Assembly (NCBI GenBank): GCA_021325135.1
Contig: JAJPHT010000007.1
Span: 1-64,000, forward strand
DNA length: 64,000 nt
Direction: 5' to 3'
From: Pseudomonadota bacterium
GTDB lineage: Archaea; Thermoplasmatota; SW-10-69-26; JACQPN01; JAJPHT01
Below, piece by piece: positions 40,287 through 49,773 of this stretch (position 1 is the stretch's first letter; every line of letters begins with the position of its first letter). A model generated the notes under the pieces. The model was not told the origin of the DNA. It did no database searches and saw nothing but the letters and a program-made list of their open reading frames with translations. Both the position numbers and the translations under genes were made by a program.

Positions 40287-40469
40287 ATGAAGGCTGCCCT
40301 CCTCGCTCTCTGCGCGCTCTCGCTTCTGGTCGTCGTGGCGCCCGCCGTCGACGCCTCGCCCGGCACCATCACCCGCTGCGAGCTGAAGTACACCGACCTG
40401 GACACGATCTTCGCGCCCCAGGGCCAGGACCTCCCCTCCGTGCCCACCGGCGTCCAGTGCTACTACTGA
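40287..40469 (+). CDS. Small secreted Cys-closed peptide
   Basis: Signal peptide ending VDA; CELKY...VPTGVQC. Confidence 0.75.
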   Translation: MKAALLALCALSLLVVVAPAVDASPGTITRCELKYTDLDTIFAPQGQDLPSVPTGVQCYY

Positions 40470-40478
40470 GGCGAGACG

Positions 40479-40670
40479 ATGCGCGCGTTCCTCCTCTCCC
40501 TTCTCCTCGTGGGCGCCTGCGTGGCGCTCGTCCCCGCCGCCAGCGCGACGTGCGTCGAGGGCGTGTGCGCTCCCACCTGCCACTTGACGTACTCCGAGAA
40601 GATCACCATCTACAACGTGGACGGCCGCCCCACGGTCGTGCCCGTCCCCAACGGCTACCAGTGCTCGTGA
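40479..40670 (+). CDS. Small secreted Cys-closed peptide
   Basis: Signal peptide ending ASA; CHLTY...VPNGYQC. Confidence 0.75.
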   Translation: MRAFLLSLLLVGACVALVPAASATCVEGVCAPTCHLTYSEKITIYNVDGRPTVVPVPNGYQCS

Positions 40671-40674
40671 GCCC

Positions 40675-40893
40675 TCAGGGCTTCAGCCGCCCGTCGCGGT
40701 AGAGGCCCTCATCGTGCATGGCGCCGCCGCGCCAGTAGAACACGTAGGCGAGCAGGCCGCCCACGACCACGACGACGATGGCCGCCAGCGCGACCGAGGC
40801 CAGGAGGCTGCCGTCCGGGGGCAGCGTGGACTCCTGGGGCGCGCTGGAGTTGGGGGCGAGCAGGAGCGCCAGGAGAAGCGCGGCGCCGCGCAT
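40675..40893 (-). CDS. Small single-pass membrane protein
   Basis: Signal-like N-terminus plus TM; abuts the upstream gene. Confidence 0.55.
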   Translation of the reverse strand: MRGAALLLALLLAPNSSAPQESTLPPDGSLLASVALAAIVVVVVGGLLAYVFYWRGGAMHDEGLYRDGRLKP

Positions 40894-40894
40894 C

Positions 40895-41563
40895 TCAGAT
40901 CCGGGGCATCCTGCCGTAGCGGTACGCGCGCCTCGGCGTCTCGGAGACGCGGCGCTCCTCTCCGCGCGGGGTGTAGAGGGCCCCGGAGACCGCGCCCGCG
41001 ATGCCCGCGGCCAGCAGGCACGCGACGACGTAGATCACGCCGGCAGAGGTGCCGTAGTAGCCGAGGCTCGTCGTCCAGCCCGGACGCAGGTAGAGCCCGC
41101 TGGGCCACGCGACGTTGGCGAGGTCCACGCCCGCCGCGTTGACGCCCATGGCGAAGCCGATGGCGGTGAGGATCGCCAGCGCGAGGAGCCCGACCAGCGT
41201 GCCCACGGCGCCGCCCAGGGCGCCTTGCCCGCCGTCGCGCGTCCTCGTGCCGGCCCAGAAGCCGCCGAACGCGGCGAGGATCGGGCCCGCCACCAGGGGG
41301 AGGAGGCCCACGAGGGAGGCCGCGCCCAGGACGGGGGACTGCGTGGGGTCCGCGAGGTTCACGCCTTTGATCGCATAGGCCGAGGAGAAGGCGAGGATGC
41401 CTGCCGCGACGCCCAAGGCGACGAAGAGCCCCAGGACGCCCAGCCCGGAGCGCACCCAGTCGAGGGCGTCGCTCGTGCCGTAGGCCGGCTGGCGGCTGGG
41501 GAGCGCGGCCCGCTCCTCTCGGTCGTAAGGCTCGTCGTAGGGGTCTCGACGGTAGACTGCCAT
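40895..41563 (-). CDS. 4-TM membrane protein
   Basis: Gly/Ala-rich TM helices. Confidence 0.7.
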   Translation of the reverse strand: MAVYRRDPYDEPYDREERAALPSRQPAYGTSDALDWVRSGLGVLGLFVALGVAAGILAFSSAYAIKGVNLADPTQSPVLGAASLVGLLPLVAGPILAAFGGFWAGTRTRDGGQGALGGAVGTLVGLLALAILTAIGFAMGVNAAGVDLANVAWPSGLYLRPGWTTSLGYYGTSAGVIYVVACLLAAGIAGAVSGALYTPRGEERRVSETPRRAYRYGRMPRI

Positions 41564-41638
41564 GCCTGCCTCCCGCGCCTCTCCGGGAAAACGGGTTCTG
41601 GCGTTCGCGTCGATGACGCCTGCGGGATGGGGCCCGGC

Positions 41639-42046
41639 TCAGCGCGCCTTCGCGACGGGGGCGAGCTGCGTCCTCAGGTCGGCGAGCTTGCGCTCCCACT
41701 CGGCGAAGACGCCCTTCTCGGCGGCGGGCGACCAGCTGCCCGAGAGCGTGGCCGTGACCAGCGTGCCGCCCGGCACGGGCTCCACCTGGATCTGGCTCAC
41801 GGTGTTGCGCTCGTCCACCACGGTCCACCCTTCGTCCTCGTGGAAGTGCGTGATCTGCGCGCGAAGCTCGCGGCCGCGGCGCGTGCGCAGGCCCAGCCAC
41901 GCGCCCTGGAGGTGGTCCTGGCCGCCCACGAGGTGCGCCTCGTCGATGCCGGGCGCGAAGAGGGGCACGTTGCTGGCGGAGGAGAGGAAGCCGAACACCT
42001 CGCCCAGGGGGGCGGGGACGAGGACGCGCGTCTCGCGGGAGGCCAT
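41639..42046 (-). CDS. SRPBCC (START-like) family protein
   Basis: V.VPAPLGEVFGFLS...NVPLFAPGI; VEPVPGGTLVT. Confidence 0.75.
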   Translation of the reverse strand: MASRETRVLVPAPLGEVFGFLSSASNVPLFAPGIDEAHLVGGQDHLQGAWLGLRTRRGRELRAQITHFHEDEGWTVVDERNTVSQIQVEPVPGGTLVTATLSGSWSPAAEKGVFAEWERKLADLRTQLAPVAKAR

Positions 42047-42147
42047 GCACCCGCCACGCGCCGCGGTGGTGCTTGAACCTCCTGCTGGCGCCGAAGTGCA
42101 CAAACGCTTATGCGTTGCCAAGCGGCCGGCGGCTTGGAGGGCTGAGG

Positions 42148-42303
42148 ATGCGCATTCCCGTCTTCGTGGGCGCGCAGGCGGAATGCCTGACCTGCGGCCG
42201 CGAGATCACCGACCCCCTGTCCGCGGAGGAGTGGGGCCGCTACTGCTCCCCCCGCTGCTACTTCGCGCGGGGCCTGCCGCCCCTGCTGCGCCAGGGCGCG
42301 TAG
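42148..42303 (+). CDS. Small TRASH-like metal-binding protein
   Basis: CLTCG...YCSPRC; GGAGG upstream. Confidence 0.6.
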   Translation: MRIPVFVGAQAECLTCGREITDPLSAEEWGRYCSPRCYFARGLPPLLRQGA

Positions 42304-42598
42304 CGCCCACGTAGGCCTTCCTCAGGCGCCCGTCCTCGCGCCAATACTTGTACGTGTACGGGCCGTGGAGCATCCCCTCGCGGCACCGGCACCCCTTCTT
42401 GCCGCAGCGGACGCGCTCCTGGCGGAAGGTGTAGGTCACGGGCTTCCCGGCCACCTGGGCTTGGAGGGTCGCGACGTGGCGCGCCTCGGCCTCCTCGGGC
42501 TTGACCAGGATGTCGTGGAGGAACCGGGTCAGGTCCTCCTGGTCCTCCCGGGGGAGGGCGGCGAGGAGGGCCTTCACGCGGTCCAGGGGGGCGGCCAT
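42206..42598 (-). CDS. DUF6788-like zinc-finger protein
   Basis: RCGKKGCRCREG..HGPYTY.YWREDGRL...YVG. Confidence 0.75.
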   Translation of the reverse strand: MAAPLDRVKALLAALPREDQEDLTRFLHDILVKPEEAEARHVATLQAQVAGKPVTYTFRQERVRCGKKGCRCREGMLHGPYTYKYWREDGRLRKAYVGATRPGAAGAAGPARSSSGGSSSGPTPPRTGGR

Positions 42599-42712
42599 CT
42601 TGGGTAACGCCCCCGGGACGGCCGGCCCATTACCTAAGACTTGCGCCGCGCCCGGGAAGTTCCCCGGTAAGGCATCCCTTATTACGATCGCCCGGAAGAG
42701 GTGGGGGCCGCG

Positions 42713-43612
<900 letters not shown>

Positions 43613-43616
43613 TCCT

Positions 43617-45407
43617 ATGGGCTCGCTGCGGCGCGTCGGCAACATCGCCCTCGCCGAGGGGTTCCGCACCGGCGGCTCGTTCAACAAGAAGACCTCGCTG
43701 GCGCTCCTCGCCATCGGCGTGCTGACGAGCCTGCTCGTGCCGCAGCTTCTTCACCACGGCCTGGACTTCGACCGCGGCCTCTACCGCGTCGCCGTCGATC
43801 CGGGCTCGCCGCTGCTGCCGGCGGTGGAGGGCTCGCGCCTCTTCCGCGTCGTGGACGCGGACCCGGCCACCGCGCTGGAGCAGGGCAAGGCCGACCTCGT
43901 CATCAGCGTCTCCAGCGCCAGCGCGCTGGACGGCGCGAAGGGGGAGGCCGCGCTGGCCGCCCTCAAGCAGGCCGCGAAGGACTACACGTTCGCGGAGCTG
44001 ACGCGCGAGAAGGACCAGGGCGCCGCGTTCCCCGTGCGCGTGGACCTCGCCTACGCGCAGCAGGCCCGCGCGGGGCAGACCAACGGCCTGCCCACGAGCC
44101 TCCCCGAGACACCCACGCCGACGCCCGCCGCGACGGGGGGCTCCACGGGCACCGTGAGCGGGGGCGGCTCCTCGTCGGGCGGGGCGGTGCCCGCCAACGC
44201 GCGCACCAGCGGCTTCGACCTGCTGCCGCCCGAGCGCAGCGTGAACACGCCCGAAACGCTATCACCCCCCTTCCCCTTCCGCTCGCTCCTCCTCGCGTAT
44301 GCGTTCCTGATCCCCATGAACTTCGTCGTGCAGGTCTACGCCGGCAGCGCCATCGGCGAGCGGCTCGGCCGCAAGGGCGAGGCGCTCCTCGCGAGCCCCG
44401 CGCGCCCCTGGGAGATCATCGTGGGCAAGGCGCTGCCCTACTTCCTCCTCATGATGGGCGTGTGCGCCGGCATCGTGCTCTTCATCGGCGGCGGCTGGCT
44501 CTCGCTCCTCGCCGTGGCGCCCCTCGCCTACAGCTTCCTCGCGCTGGAGTTCGTCGCCGCGATGTTCGCGCGCAGCTTCCGCGAATTGACGTTCCTTACC
44601 GTCTTCACCAGCGTCCTCCTCACCATCTACGCGTTCCTGCCCGCGGTGTTCACCGAGGTCCACCCCATCGCGCTGATCTCGCCCATCTCGCTCGTGGTCA
44701 TGGACCTGCACCACGACCCGTGGACGTGGGGGCAGGTGCTCTACGCCACCGTGCCCCTCGCCCTCTTCAGCACGATCCTCTACGTGCTGGGCGCCGCGCT
44801 CTACACCGAGGAGGACCTCTTCCACCAGAAGCCCGTGATGACCAAGGCCGTCGACATGCTCGCGCGCCAGGTGAAGGGCATGGGGAGCGCGATCAAGGTC
44901 CAGGTCATGCTCATCGCGGTGGTGCTCGTCGTCGAGCTTCTCCTCATGACGTTCCTCTTCGCGTGGCCCGTGCGCGTGGGCACCGTGGGCATCCTGCTGG
45001 CCGTCGCGCTCTGCGAGGAGTCGTTCAAGGGCCTGCCCAGCTACGCGGCGACCACGCGCGGCCTGCTGCCCTCCCGGCGCGCGTGGCTCTTCGGCGCGCT
45101 CGTGGGCCTGGGCTTCTTCCTCGCCGAGAAGGGCCTCCTGCTCCTCTCGCTCTCCGGCGTCATGGACATCCCCGCGGGGCAGGCCGTCTTCGGCACCTCG
45201 GGCGGCGCGGTCGCGGGCGCGGCGGGCCTCACGGTCCTGCTGCTCCTCATCGCCCCCCTGCTCCTGCACGTGGGCACCGCGAGCCTCACCGGCTGGGGCG
45301 CGGGCAAGGGGCGCAGCACGTTCTTCGCCGCGTTCGCCCTCGCGGTCACGATCCACACCGTCTACAACCTCGCCGTCGTGACGCTCCTGGGAGGTGGCCT
45401 CCCATAG
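43617..45407 (+). CDS. ABC-2 permease fused to a PrsW-like intramembrane protease domain
   Basis: ER..RKGEALLASP..IIVGK; C-terminal EESFK, GLGFFLAEK, LHV, IHTVYN. Confidence 0.85.
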   Translation: MGSLRRVGNIALAEGFRTGGSFNKKTSLALLAIGVLTSLLVPQLLHHGLDFDRGLYRVAVDPGSPLLPAVEGSRLFRVVDADPATALEQGKADLVISVSSASALDGAKGEAALAALKQAAKDYTFAELTREKDQGAAFPVRVDLAYAQQARAGQTNGLPTSLPETPTPTPAATGGSTGTVSGGGSSSGGAVPANARTSGFDLLPPERSVNTPETLSPPFPFRSLLLAYAFLIPMNFVVQVYAGSAIGERLGRKGEALLASPARPWEIIVGKALPYFLLMMGVCAGIVLFIGGGWLSLLAVAPLAYSFLALEFVAAMFARSFRELTFLTVFTSVLLTIYAFLPAVFTEVHPIALISPISLVVMDLHHDPWTWGQVLYATVPLALFSTILYVLGAALYTEEDLFHQKPVMTKAVDMLARQVKGMGSAIKVQVMLIAVVLVVELLLMTFLFAWPVRVGTVGILLAVALCEESFKGLPSYAATTRGLLPSRRAWLFGALVGLGFFLAEKGLLLLSLSGVMDIPAGQAVFGTSGGAVAGAAGLTVLLLLIAPLLLHVGTASLTGWGAGKGRSTFFAAFALAVTIHTVYNLAVVTLLGGGLP

Positions 45408-46498
45408 CCAAGCCCCGCTGGGTCGTCGCAGGCAAGGAGCTCCGCGGCGTCTTCACCGAGCGCACGATCCTCCTGGCGGTCGTGATCCAGGTCATCGTCG
45501 CGGGCTTCAGCAGCTTCCTCGTCGTGGGCCTCTCCGCCCTCGTGGACCCCGCCTCCTTCCCCTCCAGCGCGCAGGCGACGGTCGCCCTGGGCCCCAGCGC
45601 CATGAACGACTCGCTCCTGCGCGCGCACCTCAGCGACGCGGGGCTCGGCTTCGTCCCGGCCCAGAGCGACGCCGACGCGCTGGTCATGTTCCGCCAGCAC
45701 GACGTCGACGGCGCCATTTTGCTATCGCCGCCCGATCCGCCCAATCCCGACGGCACGCTCAACCCCGTGAAGCTCTCCGTCACGCTCCCCGAGGCGGACA
45801 TCCGCACCACCATCACGCTCGTCCAGGTGAAGAACGCCCTCGAAGGCTACGAGCGCGACCTGCGCGCGCAGCACCAGGACCGGCTCCAGTTCGACCCCGT
45901 GTACGTGCAGAACGACGCGAAGGCGGGCTCGTACTCGTTCGTCTACTCGCTGCTCATCCCGCTGCTCGTGTTCCTGCCGGTGATCCTCAGCGGCGCGCTC
46001 TGCGCGGACAGCCTCACCGAGGAGGTGCAGCGCAAGACGCTCCCCATCCTCCTGGCGAGCCCCGCGACGCCCGCGGACGTCGTGGAGGGGAAGCTCCTCG
46101 CCAACGTCGCCGTGGCGCCGCTCCTGGCCGCCGCGTGGTTCGTCCTCCTGGGGCTCAACCGCCTCGCCGTGCCGGTCCTGGGCGCCGTGGGCATCCTGCT
46201 CCTCGCCACCGCCATCGCCTACGTCCTGGGCCTCCTCGCGTGCGCCATCGCGCTGGCCACGCGCGACCGCAACAAGGCGCACGTCACCTACGCCAGCGCG
46301 ATGTTCCTCCTCCTGGGCCTCTCGCTTGCGCTGCCCGTCTCGCCCGTGAACGCCGTGGCCCTCCTCGCCTCGGGCAGCGCGGACGCGGGCGCGTGGACGG
46401 TGGTGCTGGGCTTCTGCGCCGCGGCCGTGATCGGCAGCCTGGGCCTTCGGCTGGGCCTGCGCCGCAGCGCGCAGTGGATGGCGGCGGGCACGGCGTAG
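45404..46498 (+). CDS. ABC-2 permease
   Basis: AGKELRG..TERT; DSLTEE..RKTL..LLASP....VVEGK; start appears to be ATA behind GGAGGTG. Confidence 0.85.
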   Translation: MAKPRWVVAGKELRGVFTERTILLAVVIQVIVAGFSSFLVVGLSALVDPASFPSSAQATVALGPSAMNDSLLRAHLSDAGLGFVPAQSDADALVMFRQHDVDGAILLSPPDPPNPDGTLNPVKLSVTLPEADIRTTITLVQVKNALEGYERDLRAQHQDRLQFDPVYVQNDAKAGSYSFVYSLLIPLLVFLPVILSGALCADSLTEEVQRKTLPILLASPATPADVVEGKLLANVAVAPLLAAAWFVLLGLNRLAVPVLGAVGILLLATAIAYVLGLLACAIALATRDRNKAHVTYASAMFLLLGLSLALPVSPVNAVALLASGSADAGAWTVVLGFCAAAVIGSLGLRLGLRRSAQWMAAGTA

Positions 46499-46544
46499 CC
46501 GATTCGGGCAAAGCATCAAAACGCTGGAGCCGCGTCTTCCGCGC

Positions 46545-47591
46545 GTGCCCGTCCTGGAAGCCCTCGGCGCGGCGGTCCCCGCCCACCGCACGCCGCAGGC
46601 CGAGGTGAAGGCGAAGGCCGCCGAGGTGCTCAGCGCCCTCGCGCCCGAGCTGGTGGAGAAGCTCTCCGTCTTTGATAGCACCGGCATCCGGGAGCGCTTC
46701 TTTGTGCGCCCCATGGACTGGTACCTGGAGACGCACGGCTGGGGCGAGCGCGCGGCCGTCTTCCGCGAGGAGGGCACCGCCATGCTGGAGCGCGCGACGC
46801 GCGAGGCGCTGGACGCGGCGGGCCTGCGCGCCAGCGACGTCGACGGGATCGTCCTCGTCTGCACGACGGGCATCGCGACGCCCAGCCTGGACGCGCGCCT
46901 CGCGAACCGGCTCGGCCTGGACGCGGCCGTGCAGCGCGTCCCCGTCTTCGGCCTGGGCTGCGCGGGCGGCGTCGCGGGCCTCAACCTCGCCGACGACCTC
47001 GCGCGGGCGCACCCCTCGAAGCGCTTCCTGCTCCTCTCGCTGGAGACGTGCAGCCTCGCGTTCAACCTTACCGACATGTCCGTGCGCGCGTTCGTGGCGA
47101 CGACGCTCTTCGGCGACGGCTGCGCGGCGGCCCTCGTCCGCGGCGACGCGCTGGAGGGCCCCTCGCTGGGCCGGCTGCGCCGCGGCATGAGCCACCAGTG
47201 GCGCGACAGCGAGGACGTCATGGGGTGGGACGTGCTGGACGAGGGCCTGCGCGTCGTCTTCTCCCGCCGCATCCCCGAGATCGTGCAGACGCAGCTCGCC
47301 CCCGTCGTGGAGCGATATCTCAAGCGCGAGGAGGCCGCGCCCGGCCGCTGGGCGCTCCACCCTGGAGGGACGAAGGTGCTGGAGGCCTACGAGGCCGCGC
47401 TCAAGCTCGGGCTCGGCGCGCTGGCGGAGAGCCGCGACGTGCTGCGCGACTTCGGCAACATGTCGAGCCCCACGGCCCTCTTCGTGCTGCGCGAGTCGCT
47501 GCGCCGCCGCGCGCTGGCGCCGGGCGAGACGGCGCTCCTCGCCGCGCTGGGCCCCGGGTTCACCGCGGAGATGGGCCTCGTCGAGGGGTGA
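46545..47591 (+). CDS. Type III polyketide synthase (BpsA/SrsA-like)
   Basis: Catalytic triad FGLGCAGG (Cys), LHPGG (His), FGNMSS (Asn); LFGDG; GPGFTAE. Confidence 0.93.
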   Translation: MPVLEALGAAVPAHRTPQAEVKAKAAEVLSALAPELVEKLSVFDSTGIRERFFVRPMDWYLETHGWGERAAVFREEGTAMLERATREALDAAGLRASDVDGIVLVCTTGIATPSLDARLANRLGLDAAVQRVPVFGLGCAGGVAGLNLADDLARAHPSKRFLLLSLETCSLAFNLTDMSVRAFVATTLFGDGCAAALVRGDALEGPSLGRLRRGMSHQWRDSEDVMGWDVLDEGLRVVFSRRIPEIVQTQLAPVVERYLKREEAAPGRWALHPGGTKVLEAYEAALKLGLGALAESRDVLRDFGNMSSPTALFVLRESLRRRALAPGETALLAALGPGFTAEMGLVEG

Positions 47592-47594
47592 GGC

Positions 47595-48107
47595 GTGCCC
47601 TCGCCCCTGCTGGCCGCCGTGCTGCTGCTCCTGGGCGCCGAGCGCCTCGCCGAGCTGGCCCTCCACCGACGCCACTCGCGCTGGCTGGCCGCGCACGGCG
47701 CGCGCTGGCACCGGCCCGACGGGTTCGGCCTCCTCGTCGCCACGCAGGCCGTCCTCCTGGCGGGGCTCGTCGTGGAAGGGGGGTTCGCGCCATGGGCCGG
47801 CGTGGGGGCTTGGACGTGGCCGCTTCTCGCCGTGGCCCTCCTCGCGCAGGGGCTCCGCTACTGGGCCATCGGCACGCTGGGGCCTCGCTGGAGCGTCCGC
47901 GTCGTGACCCTCCCCGGCGCCGACCGCATCGTGCGGGGCCCCTACCGCTTCTTCCCGCACCCCAACTACGCCGCCGTCATGGCGGAGTCCCTGGTCCTCC
48001 CCCTGGCGTTCGGCGCGTGGGCGACCGCGATCGTGCTGACCCCCTTGACGCTCCTCGCGCTGGTCCGCCGCATCCGCCTTGAGGAGGCCGCCCTGTCCGA
48101 CGCATAG
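47595..48107 (+). CDS. Isoprenylcysteine carboxyl methyltransferase family protein (BpsB/SrsB-like)
   Basis: ERLAEL, LRYWAI.TLG.RW, GPYRFFPHPNY, RIRLEE. Confidence 0.9.
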   Translation: MPSPLLAAVLLLLGAERLAELALHRRHSRWLAAHGARWHRPDGFGLLVATQAVLLAGLVVEGGFAPWAGVGAWTWPLLAVALLAQGLRYWAIGTLGPRWSVRVVTLPGADRIVRGPYRFFPHPNYAAVMAESLVLPLAFGAWATAIVLTPLTLLALVRRIRLEEAALSDA

Positions 48108-48397
48108 GCGGTCACGAAAACCCTGATCTACCCAAGGCCCCCCTTGCGCCCTGGCAACGCGCGACACGCGGATCCCCCTTGGTCTTGGGAGGCTCGAGGT
48201 CCGGACCCGCCGATCCCTCGCCGCGACTGCCCCCGGCCCGCGCTCCTGCGCGGGCCCTTCCTTTCCCGCAGGCCCCCGGCTGCGCCACCGTGGCCCGCGA
48301 CGCAACGAGGCGGCCGGGCGCGTCCCGTTTCAAAATGCGAACGGCTAAATCCGACCGCGGCGGATCAGCCCGCACCACCAAGGGATGGGTGCACCAG

Positions 48398-48649
48398 ATG
48401 AAGCTCCTCGCGACCGATATCCGCGGCAAGACCGTCATGTCCGACGACGGCACGATGCTGGGCCGCCTTCGCAACGTCACCGCCAACGAGCGCACCGGCG
48501 AGCTCGCCGAGGTCCTCGTCGAGCCCGCCGACGACGTCGACCCCCGCCTCTTCAAGCGCGACAACCGCGGCTACGTCGTCTTCCCGTTCGAGAACGTCAA
48601 GTCGATCCGCGACGTGATCGTCGTCTCGACCTACCAGCCCGGGTTCTGA
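48398..48649 (+). CDS. Single PRC-barrel protein (CdpB-like)
   Basis: 83 aa; GKTVMSDDG..LG.L.N...RTG.L; PFENVKSIRDVIVV. Confidence 0.85.
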   Translation: MKLLATDIRGKTVMSDDGTMLGRLRNVTANERTGELAEVLVEPADDVDPRLFKRDNRGYVVFPFENVKSIRDVIVVSTYQPGF

Positions 48650-48808
48650 GCCCGCTGGATCGCCTTCTGCGCGACGCGCCTCCGGGGCGCGCGCAGCGGG
48701 CCCCACGTCCGCGCAGCCCGGAGACGGAGCGAACCTCCGGATGACGCGGCGGGGCCCGCCTTCTTCCTTCTCCAGAAAAGCTATCCTGGGCGCAGCCGCT
48801 GGCCCGCC

Positions 48809-49735
48809 ATGCCTTCCCGCCGCGCCATCGTGCTTGACGAGATCGAGCGCTGGCGCGCCGAAGGGCTCCTGGACGAGGCAACGTATGACCGGCTGCGCTG
48901 GCGCGCCTCCGGCATGCCCGAGGAGCCTGAGGAGGACCGCGCCTCCTTCGGCCTCCAGGCGCTCCAGCTCGTGGGCGGCCTGCTCCTGGGCGCCGCGGCC
49001 GTCGCGCTGATGCTGGTCCTGCACTACCAGCGCGACGCGGGCGCCATCCTCCTCGACGGCATCGCCGCGGCCGCCCTCGCGGGCGGGCTCGCGCTCCAGC
49101 GCGCGGGCGGCGAGCGGCAGACGGGCCTCGCGGACGCCGCCTGCGCGGCGGGCCTCGTGGCGGCGGGCGTCGCGGCGTTCTTCCCCGACGAGCGCGTCAC
49201 CTGGGCCGCGTGGGTGGGCGCCGCGCTGGCCCTCGTCGCGACGTTCGCCTCCCGCGGCCGCACGCCCGTCGTGGCGCTGGCCTCGGTCGCGTTCGCCGTG
49301 GCCACCGGCCGCGCGACGATGCCCTTCGACGCGAGCCTGCTCCACGCCGCGTGGTGGGTCGCCAGCGCGGCCTACGTCGGCCTGCTCCTCTCCCTGTGGC
49401 GCCACGAAGGGTGGACCAGCGTGGCCCTCGCCGCGCAGGTCGTCCCCCTCACCATCTCGGTGATGCGGCTCCTGGACGACGCGGGCGTCCACGGCTCGGT
49501 CTCCACGGAGCTTGGCGTGGGCGCGTTCCTCGCGCTGGTCCTGGGCGTCGGCATCGCCCTGGCGGAGCGCGGCCTCGTCGCCGGCGCCGCCGCGGGCCTG
49601 CTCATCGACGCCATCGTCTTCGCCTTCGACGTGGGCGGCGCCATGACGGCCCTCCTCGTGCTCCTGGCGCTGGGCGGCCTGCTCGTGTGGCAGGCGCAGG
49701 TCCTGAGGGGCTGGTTCAGGCGCCGGGCGGCGTAG
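48809..49735 (+). CDS. DUF2157-like membrane protein
   Basis: EIERWRAEGLLDE N-terminus followed by about 9 TM helices. Confidence 0.75.
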   Translation: MPSRRAIVLDEIERWRAEGLLDEATYDRLRWRASGMPEEPEEDRASFGLQALQLVGGLLLGAAAVALMLVLHYQRDAGAILLDGIAAAALAGGLALQRAGGERQTGLADAACAAGLVAAGVAAFFPDERVTWAAWVGAALALVATFASRGRTPVVALASVAFAVATGRATMPFDASLLHAAWWVASAAYVGLLLSLWRHEGWTSVALAAQVVPLTISVMRLLDDAGVHGSVSTELGVGAFLALVLGVGIALAERGLVAGAAAGLLIDAIVFAFDVGGAMTALLVLLALGGLLVWQAQVLRGWFRRRAA

Positions 49736-49773
49736 GCGAAGCGCTTTCTCCACGGAGCGCCCATCGCCAGGCG

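Noticed and set aside
48224-48240. ACTGCCCCCG resembling a cobalamin riboswitch core
   Set aside because: Other B12-box elements are absent and the downstream gene is unrelated
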